IMG/VR virus record: IMGVR_UViG_3300044701_001468
Direction: 5' to 3' (one strand)
DNA from: a virus
DNA: 64,000 nt
The notes under the pieces were generated by a model, which searched no databases, was not told the DNA's origin, and saw only the letters and a list, made by a program, of their open reading frames with translations. The translations under genes and the position numbers were made by a program. Below are positions 46,465-56,071 of this stretch, piece after piece (within the stretch, counting starts at the first letter, position 1; each line of letters begins with the position of its first letter).

Positions 46465-49352
46465 TCAACAACTGAATCAACGCCAGAAGGTGCAACCTCA
46501 CTGACATACTTATTATATGTAGGAGTATCTGTGCAATTGAAAGTAGGCATAATAATTGCCCCAGCACCATTACCAACCACTCTAACCTTGGGGAAACTAT
46601 TATAAATTTTTGTTTTATCGATGACTTCTAAACCGACAACAAATCCGTTATCAATTTTTGCTCTGACGATATTCGAATCACCATCAATAAAAATCTTAGG
46701 TTCTTCAGTGTATCCAATTCCTGGTTTTATCAAATTAAATCCATCGATATAACAATTAGTATTTTTTCTAGATGGAGTATATCCTCTTCCAGACCTCTCA
46801 ACTTTCACCTTTCTTATGAATCCATCACCATCAAGAACGGCGCTAGCAAATGCACCTATGCCATCTCCATAGATATTAATAATTGGTGGATAAAGATAAC
46901 GATCGCCAGGATCTAAAATAGGAATATCTATAATTTGCCCATTGTTATCTACTTCTGGAGTACCCAAGACAGGAGCTTTAAATGTCGGAATTGTTGTTGG
47001 AGTTGTTGGAATTGTTGGAGAAGGATTAACGATAGAGAATGTCACTGATCTATAGTTGACACTGAATAAAACATCTGCTACACTACTAACACTAGTGGTA
47101 TCGGAAATAGTAATAGTTTTTGAAGCAACATTATTAGTCATCGTCATGTCACCTGTCAAAGTTCCATCAGAAAAATCACTAGGTAAAATCAATCCGAACA
47201 TAGTATAATTAAATTTCGTACCATTAGGCACGATGCCATTTGATGCAGTGAGAGTAAATGTTATGCTTTGACCAGGAGTAACTGATGTTTTGTTGGAAGT
47301 TAATGTATAGGATATTGCAGTGCTAATCGGTGTTGGATTTAAATCAATTTCATAAGAAGTGATTAAATTATTTCCCTCAAATTTTACATATCCATTCACA
47401 GAAAAATTATATGTGTCAATAGATTGCACATTAATCTCATTGTTAGAAGATCCTTTTAATTTAATTGAAGATTCTGAAAGAAGAGTTTCATTTACTGGAA
47501 TAGTTATGGCAGAAGAAGTTTCATCATCTTCATTTGTTAATTCTACTTCTGCACTAACTGATTGATAATTTGTGTCAGTTGAAGAAGCAACTAATAAAAC
47601 TCTATACAATTGATTGCCATCTGCTACACTATCATCCACACCAGTAGCAGTAATAACTTGATCAGTGTACCAATTTGATGGAGTAAATATCAAAGAAGAA
47701 GGTGATGCAGTACCTTCTGAAGCACCAGCTACTGATACATCAATATTAACATTTGCGGTTGGTGCATATGTTAATCTAACATTAAAGGTAGCAGTTCCTC
47801 CACTCTCTGTTGTATTTGATGAAGGTGATCCTGTTTGTATACCAGCAAGTATTGATCCCATGAAAGGTGGGGTCGTTGGTATTGGTGTTGTTGGTGATGA
47901 TCCAGTATAAGAAATTGGATTCGGCACTCCACCAGTTACATTTGCAGTCGTTAATGGTGGGCAAGGCAGTGACGTTGTTCCTGGACAACCAGATTGCAAT
48001 ACTACCCCACCATCATCAGCTGATAATTGAGATATTAATCTATCTAATGTATCAAAATCATCTTGCCCTGGTTTTTTCTTGGAGTTCTTACAAAATTGCG
48101 TGGTTTCTGGTGAAGTACAATTCTTTGGACCAGCACATTGTAGACCAATTAAATTGAATATGTACTGCAATGCTTTTGAAAGTAAATTCAAAGGAGATGC
48201 TATAATATCCAACAATGCTTGAAGTGGTCCCAGTATAGTATTAATAATACCTGTCAATAGTGCTTCGATTTCGGACAGCACTTCACTGATTAAAGATTCT
48301 AGAGCACAGGTTGTTGCATTTATTGTGTTGAGAATAAAATTATAAATCAAATCCGTCAATAGATTTAATAGAGCCAGTTCTAGATCAGCAAATGTACAAT
48401 TAATTAAACTAAGTTGTTCATTTAAAAAATTAATAACCTGACCAAACAATCCGATTTTAGTTTTTTTACCAGTAGTCGGATCAACACTGACTCCCATAAT
48501 ACTTTGTAGTAACTGGGAGACTCCCTTTTTTACCCAACTTAATAGGTCTCCCTTCAATGATGTTATCCATGCTTTTGCTACACCAAAGCACCTTTCTACA
48601 TATCCTTGTGCCGTAGCAGCATAATCCAACAACACTCCACTATAAGGACTTAATATATTTGCTCCTAAATTCCCACCACTTTGTTGTATATCTCGCATCG
48701 CTTCGCTGAGAATCTGCTCAAATCTAGATTGAACAGTTCCATTATCTGTTTCACATGGTTTTGCGGACACGTTAGCACAACCATATCTACCCGCCATGTT
48801 ATTATTACTATTCTCCTTCGCCCCAGCGCCGTTCAATGGAGAGTTAGTAGGATTTTTATCGGTGTTTGTTGTATCTGGTGAAGATGGTTGTGTACCAGTA
48901 GAAGTAGCGTTATTTGGAATCTGTCTATATGGATTTTTTACATTGACTACTCTTTGATACGGAATGCAAGTATCTTCAGTATTAGTTGTTGGTCCCGTGT
49001 TGGCATTTGCCTTTGTTGTTTGGGGTATTTGACCCATGATCACTGGTTGCTGCCCTCTGGCACCATCCATAAAGAATCCAATTACCCAATCTCCACCTTG
49101 TAATTTTATAGAAGTAAAATTATTATTTCCAGCAGGAATAGGATGCGTTACTGGCATCATCACAACTGCCCATGGCAAATCAGCCGTAGCAATCGCGCTA
49201 CAACTCTTTACATGCTGACCAATAATTCTTACTTTGTATCTGTTGCCAATGGACTTATCTTTGGGATCAGTGTAATTTTGTACCTGACCAATCCACCAAT
49301 AAAAACCATCTCTACCAGCTACACTTATGGGTAAATTTAATTCAGGTATCAT
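46455..49352 (-). CDS. gp5: Baseplate central spike gp5, N-terminal OB-fold part, with Calx-beta/Ig-like inserts
   Basis: DGFYWWIGQV...YKVRIIGQH...DLPWA...GDWVIGFFMDG..QQPVIMG; Calx-beta-like TESGGTATFNVRL...FTPSNW...GVDD. Confidence 0.85.
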   Translation of the reverse strand: MIPELNLPISVAGRDGFYWWIGQVQNYTDPKDKSIGNRYKVRIIGQHVKSCSAIATADLPWAVVMMPVTHPIPAGNNNFTSIKLQGGDWVIGFFMDGARGQQPVIMGQIPQTTKANANTGPTTNTEDTCIPYQRVVNVKNPYRQIPNNATSTGTQPSSPDTTNTDKNPTNSPLNGAGAKENSNNNMAGRYGCANVSAKPCETDNGTVQSRFEQILSEAMRDIQQSGGNLGANILSPYSGVLLDYAATAQGYVERCFGVAKAWITSLKGDLLSWVKKGVSQLLQSIMGVSVDPTTGKKTKIGLFGQVINFLNEQLSLINCTFADLELALLNLLTDLIYNFILNTINATTCALESLISEVLSEIEALLTGIINTILGPLQALLDIIASPLNLLSKALQYIFNLIGLQCAGPKNCTSPETTQFCKNSKKKPGQDDFDTLDRLISQLSADDGGVVLQSGCPGTTSLPCPPLTTANVTGGVPNPISYTGSSPTTPIPTTPPFMGSILAGIQTGSPSSNTTESGGTATFNVRLTYAPTANVNIDVSVAGASEGTASPSSLIFTPSNWYTDQVITATGVDDSVADGNQLYRVLLVASSTDTNYQSVSAEVELTNEDDETSSAITIPVNETLLSESSIKLKGSSNNEINVQSIDTYNFSVNGYVKFEGNNLITSYEIDLNPTPISTAISYTLTSNKTSVTPGQSITFTLTASNGIVPNGTKFNYTMFGLILPSDFSDGTLTGDMTMTNNVASKTITISDTTSVSSVADVLFSVNYRSVTFSIVNPSPTIPTTPTTIPTFKAPVLGTPEVDNNGQIIDIPILDPGDRYLYPPIINIYGDGIGAFASAVLDGDGFIRKVKVERSGRGYTPSRKNTNCYIDGFNLIKPGIGYTEEPKIFIDGDSNIVRAKIDNGFVVGLEVIDKTKIYNSFPKVRVVGNGAGAIIMPTFNCTDTPTYNKYVSEVAPSGVDSVVDCP

Positions 49353-49561
49353 ACGTCAAAAATTTTACATTCATGTGCATTTGGATTAGTATCACAAAAT
49401 AATTCTAATGGGGTTGGGTCGTGATCATCATTAGGATGATTAACAAGATATTGTTCCAAGGCATCTAATTCCTCTTCAACATGTCTTCTTGACTGAGATG
49501 ATGTCATTGGATCATCTAGTATTTTCTTATCTTTGTTAATATGATCATATATGTTGTCCAT
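49349..49561 (-). CDS. cp12: Phage CP12, Calvin-cycle inhibitor
   Basis: HINKDKKILDDP..S.QSRRHVEEEL...HDPTPLELFCDTNPNAHECKIFD: CP12 C-terminal C-x8-C pair. Confidence 0.88.
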   Translation of the reverse strand: MDNIYDHINKDKKILDDPMTSSQSRRHVEEELDALEQYLVNHPNDDHDPTPLELFCDTNPNAHECKIFDV

Positions 49562-50964
49562 TATTTACTCCCGAAATTATCTCTTATAATTTGTACGTTA
49601 GATACTGCAACGCCACCTCTGTCACTATAAAATTCGTATGAGATGGATTTAATCAAATAAGTTCCACTAAATTGTTCATCATATGCACCTTTAGATGCGG
49701 TAAGTGAAGTTACTACTTGATTTCTTAATAGAATATCAATTTTATCTCCAGCTCGCAAATCTAAATTACATGGTATATTGATATTTAGAACTTGATTTTC
49801 TAATATTGCATTTCTAGATATTGATTGCGCTAATGTGTATGCCCTATAATCTTTGAACTGACTATTAGTTGTACCATTATCTGCTCCATTATAATATGTT
49901 TCCTGATCAATCATTTGCACCAAGATTCTAGATGGAGATTGTGCCAATGACTTGATGTTGTCTGGAATCTTTTCTTCCTTTCCTAAGTGTTTTTGATTAG
50001 AATAATCTTGATCAAGCACAAATAATTTCTCTGTGTATTCTAGTGTTGATGGATTGAAAGTTTGTAACAAAGATGAATAAACTCCGTGACGCATCTTCTT
50101 CAAAATATTAATTTCAGAACCAAATGAATAGTTCAGAATTTTAAATGCATTAGATTTTGCATTTGATTGCTCGTCCTGTGCAAGGGCTTGAGCATATGTT
50201 TTGTGCTTAACTGGTGCTGATATCAACGAATCGATTGATTTGAAAACATATCCATCATACGTTTCGAAAAAATAGTAACCAGCACTACCAGTGATGGTAG
50301 AATCATATCCTGTGTCTGTCTTTCCTTCTTTTGGTTTAGAAGATTTCGGTGTGTTTGAAGAGAGAGGTTGTTGTTGAGGATTAGTTGTAGCAGATATACA
50401 CTCTGGTAGAATTTGTGTTATAACTTCAAAGGGTCTCTTCAAAGAAGGAATAAGTTTCATTGGAAACTTACAAGCTTCAAAGTTTGTGGATGTATCTTTC
50501 TTTGTCTGTAAGTATTCACTCAGAACTCGCTTAGCAATAACGTCTCCACTACCAGCAAAAGTTTTACCAACTCTAACTGTTTCATTTGTTAATGCCTCTT
50601 CAGAAAAAAGATCTAATGTATATTGTTGATAGTTTTTTGAGGAAGCTCGTGCTCTAATTCCGTAGATGATAAAATTATATTCATATATTTTGTCAGAAAT
50701 ATTAGGCGTCTTTATTTTTATAGTAACTTGTTCTGAACCTACTAAAGGAACAGAACTGATTAGATTGATTGCTGTGTCAATCACTATCATTTCTGCCATT
50801 AATGTAGTTGACTCAACGCTTTCATATATTTTAAATGAAGATACTTGTGCTTCTGGACTAGTTCCAGAAAGCATATGCTTTACTCCCTTTGTATCAGTTA
50901 AACTAATCTCAATAGCCTGAAAATTTAAATCTAACATTATCCCACCCCCGATGTAGATAAGCAA
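49561..50964 (-). CDS. Baseplate hub-like structural protein (gp27/VgrG-like)
   Basis: FKIYES.ES...AEMIVIDTAINL...GYYFFETYDGYVFKSIDSL...DLRAGDKI...SGTYLIKSI; located between the tape-like genes and gp5. Confidence 0.65.
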   Translation of the reverse strand: MLIYIGGGIMLDLNFQAIEISLTDTKGVKHMLSGTSPEAQVSSFKIYESVESTTLMAEMIVIDTAINLISSVPLVGSEQVTIKIKTPNISDKIYEYNFIIYGIRARASSKNYQQYTLDLFSEEALTNETVRVGKTFAGSGDVIAKRVLSEYLQTKKDTSTNFEACKFPMKLIPSLKRPFEVITQILPECISATTNPQQQPLSSNTPKSSKPKEGKTDTGYDSTITGSAGYYFFETYDGYVFKSIDSLISAPVKHKTYAQALAQDEQSNAKSNAFKILNYSFGSEINILKKMRHGVYSSLLQTFNPSTLEYTEKLFVLDQDYSNQKHLGKEEKIPDNIKSLAQSPSRILVQMIDQETYYNGADNGTTNSQFKDYRAYTLAQSISRNAILENQVLNINIPCNLDLRAGDKIDILLRNQVVTSLTASKGAYDEQFSGTYLIKSISYEFYSDRGGVAVSNVQIIRDNFGSK

Positions 50965-53660
50965 AGATATGCCGCCAAACCATCAGAGGTTGAACTGCCA
51001 AAATAATTCATATCATCTGATTCATTAGAAACATTTATAGGAGATGCTGCTCCACCACCAGCACTTATCATATTGAATACAAACATGCCATCAGATACAT
51101 CACTAGTTTCTGATGTTGCTGATGGTGCTGATACTGCTGGCGCTGCCTTAGGTAATTTGGGTTTAGGCATCTCTTTATTTGCTGTATCAACAGCAGGAGA
51201 TAAAGAATTAATTGAAGTATTATTTACTTCCCCCAATATATCTTTAAGAGAAGTGAATATAATACCCTGCATTAAATCTGTAAATGCATCGATACCATTT
51301 GTATTTGTTTGCTCAACACCATACAATTTATGAGAACCACCTTTAGCGTAACCAAGTTCTTTCATCATCTCTCTTTGTTTTGCAATTCTAGAAAGAGGAC
51401 TATTTTTATCAGCATAATCAGTTGACTTGGTATTTCTGTGAGTGTCTACAATATTACCGAAGAAATCCCACCAAGGTCTTTGAACTTGTTTACCACCCTG
51501 TTCATATGATTTAATAGTTCCTCCTTGTTCTTTACCACTTGCTGCGCGTGCTTTTTTTGCATCCTTGGATTGTTCTGGAGAAAGATATTTAACTTGTGCT
51601 CCTCTACCAGGAGCATGTTTTTCATACGCTTCAACAACTATTTTGTGTGATCTTCGTAATAAAGCCTCGTTGAGACCTCCTGGTTTTGGATTAGATAAAT
51701 CAACAGGTTGATCAATTCCCAAAAATCCAGCACCTGTTTTAAATACTTCATAGTCACCATTAGTATAATTTAATAGCACTTTGTAGTTTTGGTTATCTCC
51801 CTTATGAACAAAAGGAAAAACTCCTTGTTTAACATTAGTCGCCGTAAGATTTGGTTTTTCTGCTGATGTTCTTCCATGGTCTGCTCCGCTAGTAACGTCT
51901 TCATACTTACCATCCATTGGTTTATTTTTACCATCGGGTTGAGCAGCATTTTGTTGTCTCTGTGAAACTGACCCTGTATCTGGATTAGTTGGATTAGATT
52001 GCGTCTTTTGCTCTTGGGTTGTCTGTGGTGTAGTTTTAGGTGCGACTGGTTTTTCCTTTGTTTTTGCTCCCAAAGATTTCAATGAACCAGATATTAAATC
52101 TTGTAAAAAGTTTTTTCTATCTTTCTGATTGTCTTTAGACGCTGGAAATTTTCCACCCCCAATATTAAGATTGGGAAGCACATTAGACATTCCAAAATCT
52201 CTTGCAAGATTTTGAATATCAGGACCAAGTGCTTGTGATACAGGTGAACCCAGTGGACCCAATGCTTTTATAAAAGTATCTGTCATAGCAAGCATTGATC
52301 CACCAACTGCTTTCATTGAAGCATCTGATGCTAAATTATTGCCTTTGGCATCTGAAGAATTTAAATCAACAACAGCTTCTTTACCTGCCTCACCAATCAT
52401 CGCCCCGCCTTCAGCGAGTTTACCTTCTTTACCATAAAGACCTAGAGTACCCCACGATCCTTTAGTACCACCACCACCTTCTATAACTTGTCTAAAGTTT
52501 TCACGAATGTTTGCATCAGCAGATGCCATGATCTCATTTGATTTATTAATATCACCACCACTCAACACAAATTCTAAAACTGCTCGGAATGGAGCACCTA
52601 TAGTTTCTCCTAATCCAGATTGTAAATCAAGAACTCTTGCAATAGGATCTTCAGTCGCTTCTAATAACTGATCTGGTATCAATCCAGTCTGTGCTGCTAT
52701 GCCTATAGGAGTCAATGGAGGAATCATTAACACCGTGCTCAACAGAGGATTTTTTAATACATCTTTTTTCTCTTTACTATCTAAATCTCTCCACGTATCT
52801 CCCCAGTTACGCATAGCTTGACCAGCATAGCTGGCACCCAGACCAACCCCAGTGACGGCAGCAGCACTCGCCGCTATAGTTCCAGCTCCGACGCCTCCAG
52901 CAGCGCCAGCGGCGCCCGTAGACCCCGTTGCAGCGGCAGCAGCGGGAGTAGCAGCGCCGCCGCCGATACCAAGCATAGAACCTATCCTAGCAAGGGCACC
53001 GCCGCCACTCAGGAAGTTCCATGCAGTCTGTGCTGCATTCCATAAACCTTTTATTGATCCTAAAATATCACCCTCACCTGATACCTTAGAGGATTCACCT
53101 CCGTATAAAGTTTTGCTTTGATCTAATAGATTTTCTTGAGCCTGATATTCAAATGATTCTATCTGATCTACTTGTAATTGCGTTTGAGCATTTAATGCTG
53201 CAGCAATAGATTGAACACCCGAAGATGTAGCGTTTTGAGCTTGGTTCTGAGAATTTAAAAAGAATGCTAATTTAGATAGACCACCCTGTATTGCCGAACT
53301 ATCAGTAAGTAATGATCCAAAACCAACCTTCAGAATTTTTTCTAATCCAGATGCCTTGCTTTCACCCCTTGGTTTACTAGATTTTTTTTCCTTAGGATCC
53401 TTGGTCGGAAGTTTGTGTGTAAAATTATCTCCAAAATTTTTCTTACCAGAAAAGGTACTACCACCTAAGTTGTGGAATAGTGCTTTTGCAAAAAGATTTT
53501 TTTTATCTCTGTCTTTTACTTCGCCGCCTTTCTTTTCTACGCCTTCTTGTCTCTTTTGCTCTTTCTTAGCATCTGAACGAGACTGAACTATTTTATCGTA
53601 TATAATTCCACCAAGGCTTTGACCCTCTCCTGCTGATTGTGCTGCCTCAGTACCGTACAT
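50937..53660 (-). CDS. Tape-measure-like virion protein (paralog C)
   Basis: Ala/Gly-rich TM-like segment; LAEGG/YAKGG motifs; N-terminus shared with 53687..56071. Confidence 0.6.
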   Translation of the reverse strand: MYGTEAAQSAGEGQSLGGIIYDKIVQSRSDAKKEQKRQEGVEKKGGEVKDRDKKNLFAKALFHNLGGSTFSGKKNFGDNFTHKLPTKDPKEKKSSKPRGESKASGLEKILKVGFGSLLTDSSAIQGGLSKLAFFLNSQNQAQNATSSGVQSIAAALNAQTQLQVDQIESFEYQAQENLLDQSKTLYGGESSKVSGEGDILGSIKGLWNAAQTAWNFLSGGGALARIGSMLGIGGGAATPAAAAATGSTGAAGAAGGVGAGTIAASAAAVTGVGLGASYAGQAMRNWGDTWRDLDSKEKKDVLKNPLLSTVLMIPPLTPIGIAAQTGLIPDQLLEATEDPIARVLDLQSGLGETIGAPFRAVLEFVLSGGDINKSNEIMASADANIRENFRQVIEGGGGTKGSWGTLGLYGKEGKLAEGGAMIGEAGKEAVVDLNSSDAKGNNLASDASMKAVGGSMLAMTDTFIKALGPLGSPVSQALGPDIQNLARDFGMSNVLPNLNIGGGKFPASKDNQKDRKNFLQDLISGSLKSLGAKTKEKPVAPKTTPQTTQEQKTQSNPTNPDTGSVSQRQQNAAQPDGKNKPMDGKYEDVTSGADHGRTSAEKPNLTATNVKQGVFPFVHKGDNQNYKVLLNYTNGDYEVFKTGAGFLGIDQPVDLSNPKPGGLNEALLRRSHKIVVEAYEKHAPGRGAQVKYLSPEQSKDAKKARAASGKEQGGTIKSYEQGGKQVQRPWWDFFGNIVDTHRNTKSTDYADKNSPLSRIAKQREMMKELGYAKGGSHKLYGVEQTNTNGIDAFTDLMQGIIFTSLKDILGEVNNTSINSLSPAVDTANKEMPKPKLPKAAPAVSAPSATSETSDVSDGMFVFNMISAGGGAASPINVSNESDDMNYFGSSTSDGLAAYLCLSTSGVG

Positions 53661-53686
53661 TGATAGTATTTACCTTTTAGAAATAT

Positions 53687-56071
53687 TTATTTGGTATTTC
53701 GTAAACGTTTCTCATTCCTATGTTTTAATGGATCATAAAAGACCCTAACAATGGAAGAAGTCACTGATTGTATAGTCTGAATAACTGGTTGTGCCTGAGA
53801 TTTCTGACCAAAGTTATTCACAACTACTTTTGGATTTGTGGAAGTTGATGCTGGAACTTTATTCAAATTTTTTGATCCAGAAAGTATTAATTGTTTTTCA
53901 TTCTTTTCTCTTTCTGGCAATCCTCTGTCTACATTAGCCGCAACGGCATTCATATCACCTCTATTTAATGCAGCATACATTTTAGGAGCACCAGTTCCTA
54001 ATAAATGGGCTGGTTGATTGTAACCATATGCAAGTAGTCCACCTTGTTGTTTGGCAGACATTTTATTCCAATATTTTTTGTACCATTTTTCCCCCTTCAA
54101 TGTAGTCACGTAGTTATTCACTAATCCCGTCAATAAAGAATCTGCTTTTGCTTTTGTTACAACATCTCCTGGTTTAACTGCTTTTGTGCCAGCAGTGATA
54201 GAATCATAATATGTCATGCCCCATCCAATGGTAGTTCTGTCACCAGAAACTCCAGTTTCATAAGCATGTACGGGAGTCGATGCAGATATTTTTGACCATG
54301 GCACTGAAGAAATAACACTAGGTCCACGATTAACAATGTAATCGTTCTTTCCCCTAGAAAGTGAAGATAGTGCTTCATCATGTTTGATTGCTTTAACTCC
54401 TTCCGAAACTCCACCAGAAGCAAATGAAGTTGTTGTTGTGCTAGATCCATGTGCAATTTCTTTCCACCTTTGAATAACACCAAATGGATCTTCCGAAAAA
54501 TCATATTGTCTATTTCGAACAGGGAAAACTTGGAATCCATTTGCTGATGGAACAATAATTTCTTCTCCGTGCAAAGTAACTGGTATTCCTTGAATAGTAG
54601 TATCGAAACCAGATTCTGGTCCAGAAATTAAATATGGAGATAATGGATTTGTATTGTTTCCTTCTTTACCACCTCGCGCAAAAGATTTCTGTTTGACTTT
54701 TTGCACTGCACCCTGAAACTCTTCCCATGTCGCATGTGCTTTATTTCTATATGCACCAGAATCTTGATATGTTTGTCCAGCAGAATTTGCAGGGAGTCCT
54801 CTCCACTCTGCGGCAAGATTCTTCATGAACACATCGTCATTTATCTTTCTTTTTTTCCAATCATTACCTTGTCTTTTATTTTCAATGATCCATACTGCCA
54901 TCTTATCTTGATTGGCAGGACTAAACTTGTCTGTATCTGGATTCAACCCAGCATCTTTTGCTTGGGCAATAGGAGACATGAATTGATATTGCCCCAGAGC
55001 ACCAGAAGAATCTGGATACTTTTGATGATATAGTTGAGCAGCTGCATCTGCTTCTCGTATTGTCATCTCAGTCAATCCATCAATAAATCCTGGTCCACTA
55101 CCATAGTTAACCGCATTATATTTGTGAGTTACTGCTTCAACTTTTTTAATAAGGTCTAGTATTGGTTGCCACTCACCAGTATACGGATCATCATCTTCAG
55201 TTTGTCTCAATATTTCTGGATCAATAAACATACTAAGAAATTTTTCATCATTTAAAAACATCCCCCAAGTTTTAGAAAACTCAACAAGTAAAGCATCTTT
55301 TTTATCTTTGGAAACATCGAGTGGAGATCCCAACAATCTATCAAGATCATCATTTGTTACTCCAAAAGAACTAGCATAAGGATATATCGTGTCCTTTATC
55401 ATTGGTTCGGCAAATGCTGATACTGCTCCAGCAGATTTTATAAGATCGGATAAAATTCCAATCGCAGCAAGAGAAGATGCACGTAATGGCATCGACATAA
55501 CTTCATGAAATGGTAGCGATTTATAACTTGGTTCTGTTTTTCCAGGTACAACACCACCCTCTGCTAATTTTGTCTGAGCAGCACCCTTTCCCCTACTAGC
55601 AACCGCCTTAAAAAGTTTACCACCAGCTTTCTTTAATAAATTTGCCTTCTTTCCCTGTGGTTTGTTTGGTTCTTCAGTTGATGTTGGTTCAGTAGCAACT
55701 TCAGTTACTTGAGGTGTTGGAGTAGACTTTTTCTCTAGCAAAGAACCTGATTGTATCTGATTAAAAGATTGCTGCAGAACATTTCTTTGGGTTAGTAATC
55801 CAGATAATATTTGAACCTCTTTAACTATATCCTTTTCTACCTCTAACCTTTCAGAAACAATTTTATTCTGTATTGTTATAGATTTTCTAATCTCCTTAAA
55901 GGAGAATGAAAAGTTATCAAATGCTTTTTTTAATTGTGATTCTATATCTTGCTTTTCTTTTTTCTCATCTTGTTTACGTGATTCTTGTCTAGACTTTTTC
56001 ATCTCCTGAAAGATGAGTTTGCCTATGCTCTGCCCTTCTCCAGCTGCGATGGATGATTCAGTTCCGTACAT
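53687..56071 (-). CDS. Tape-measure-like virion protein with two lysozyme-like domains (paralog B)
   Basis: E......YNAVN...GALGQYQF...FSPANQDKMA...EWRGLP (muramidase) and HDEA...TTIGWGMTYYD...GDVVTKAKADSLL...LLAYGYN (GH24-like). Confidence 0.7.
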   Translation of the reverse strand: MYGTESSIAAGEGQSIGKLIFQEMKKSRQESRKQDEKKEKQDIESQLKKAFDNFSFSFKEIRKSITIQNKIVSERLEVEKDIVKEVQILSGLLTQRNVLQQSFNQIQSGSLLEKKSTPTPQVTEVATEPTSTEEPNKPQGKKANLLKKAGGKLFKAVASRGKGAAQTKLAEGGVVPGKTEPSYKSLPFHEVMSMPLRASSLAAIGILSDLIKSAGAVSAFAEPMIKDTIYPYASSFGVTNDDLDRLLGSPLDVSKDKKDALLVEFSKTWGMFLNDEKFLSMFIDPEILRQTEDDDPYTGEWQPILDLIKKVEAVTHKYNAVNYGSGPGFIDGLTEMTIREADAAAQLYHQKYPDSSGALGQYQFMSPIAQAKDAGLNPDTDKFSPANQDKMAVWIIENKRQGNDWKKRKINDDVFMKNLAAEWRGLPANSAGQTYQDSGAYRNKAHATWEEFQGAVQKVKQKSFARGGKEGNNTNPLSPYLISGPESGFDTTIQGIPVTLHGEEIIVPSANGFQVFPVRNRQYDFSEDPFGVIQRWKEIAHGSSTTTTSFASGGVSEGVKAIKHDEALSSLSRGKNDYIVNRGPSVISSVPWSKISASTPVHAYETGVSGDRTTIGWGMTYYDSITAGTKAVKPGDVVTKAKADSLLTGLVNNYVTTLKGEKWYKKYWNKMSAKQQGGLLAYGYNQPAHLLGTGAPKMYAALNRGDMNAVAANVDRGLPEREKNEKQLILSGSKNLNKVPASTSTNPKVVVNNFGQKSQAQPVIQTIQSVTSSIVRVFYDPLKHRNEKRLRNTK

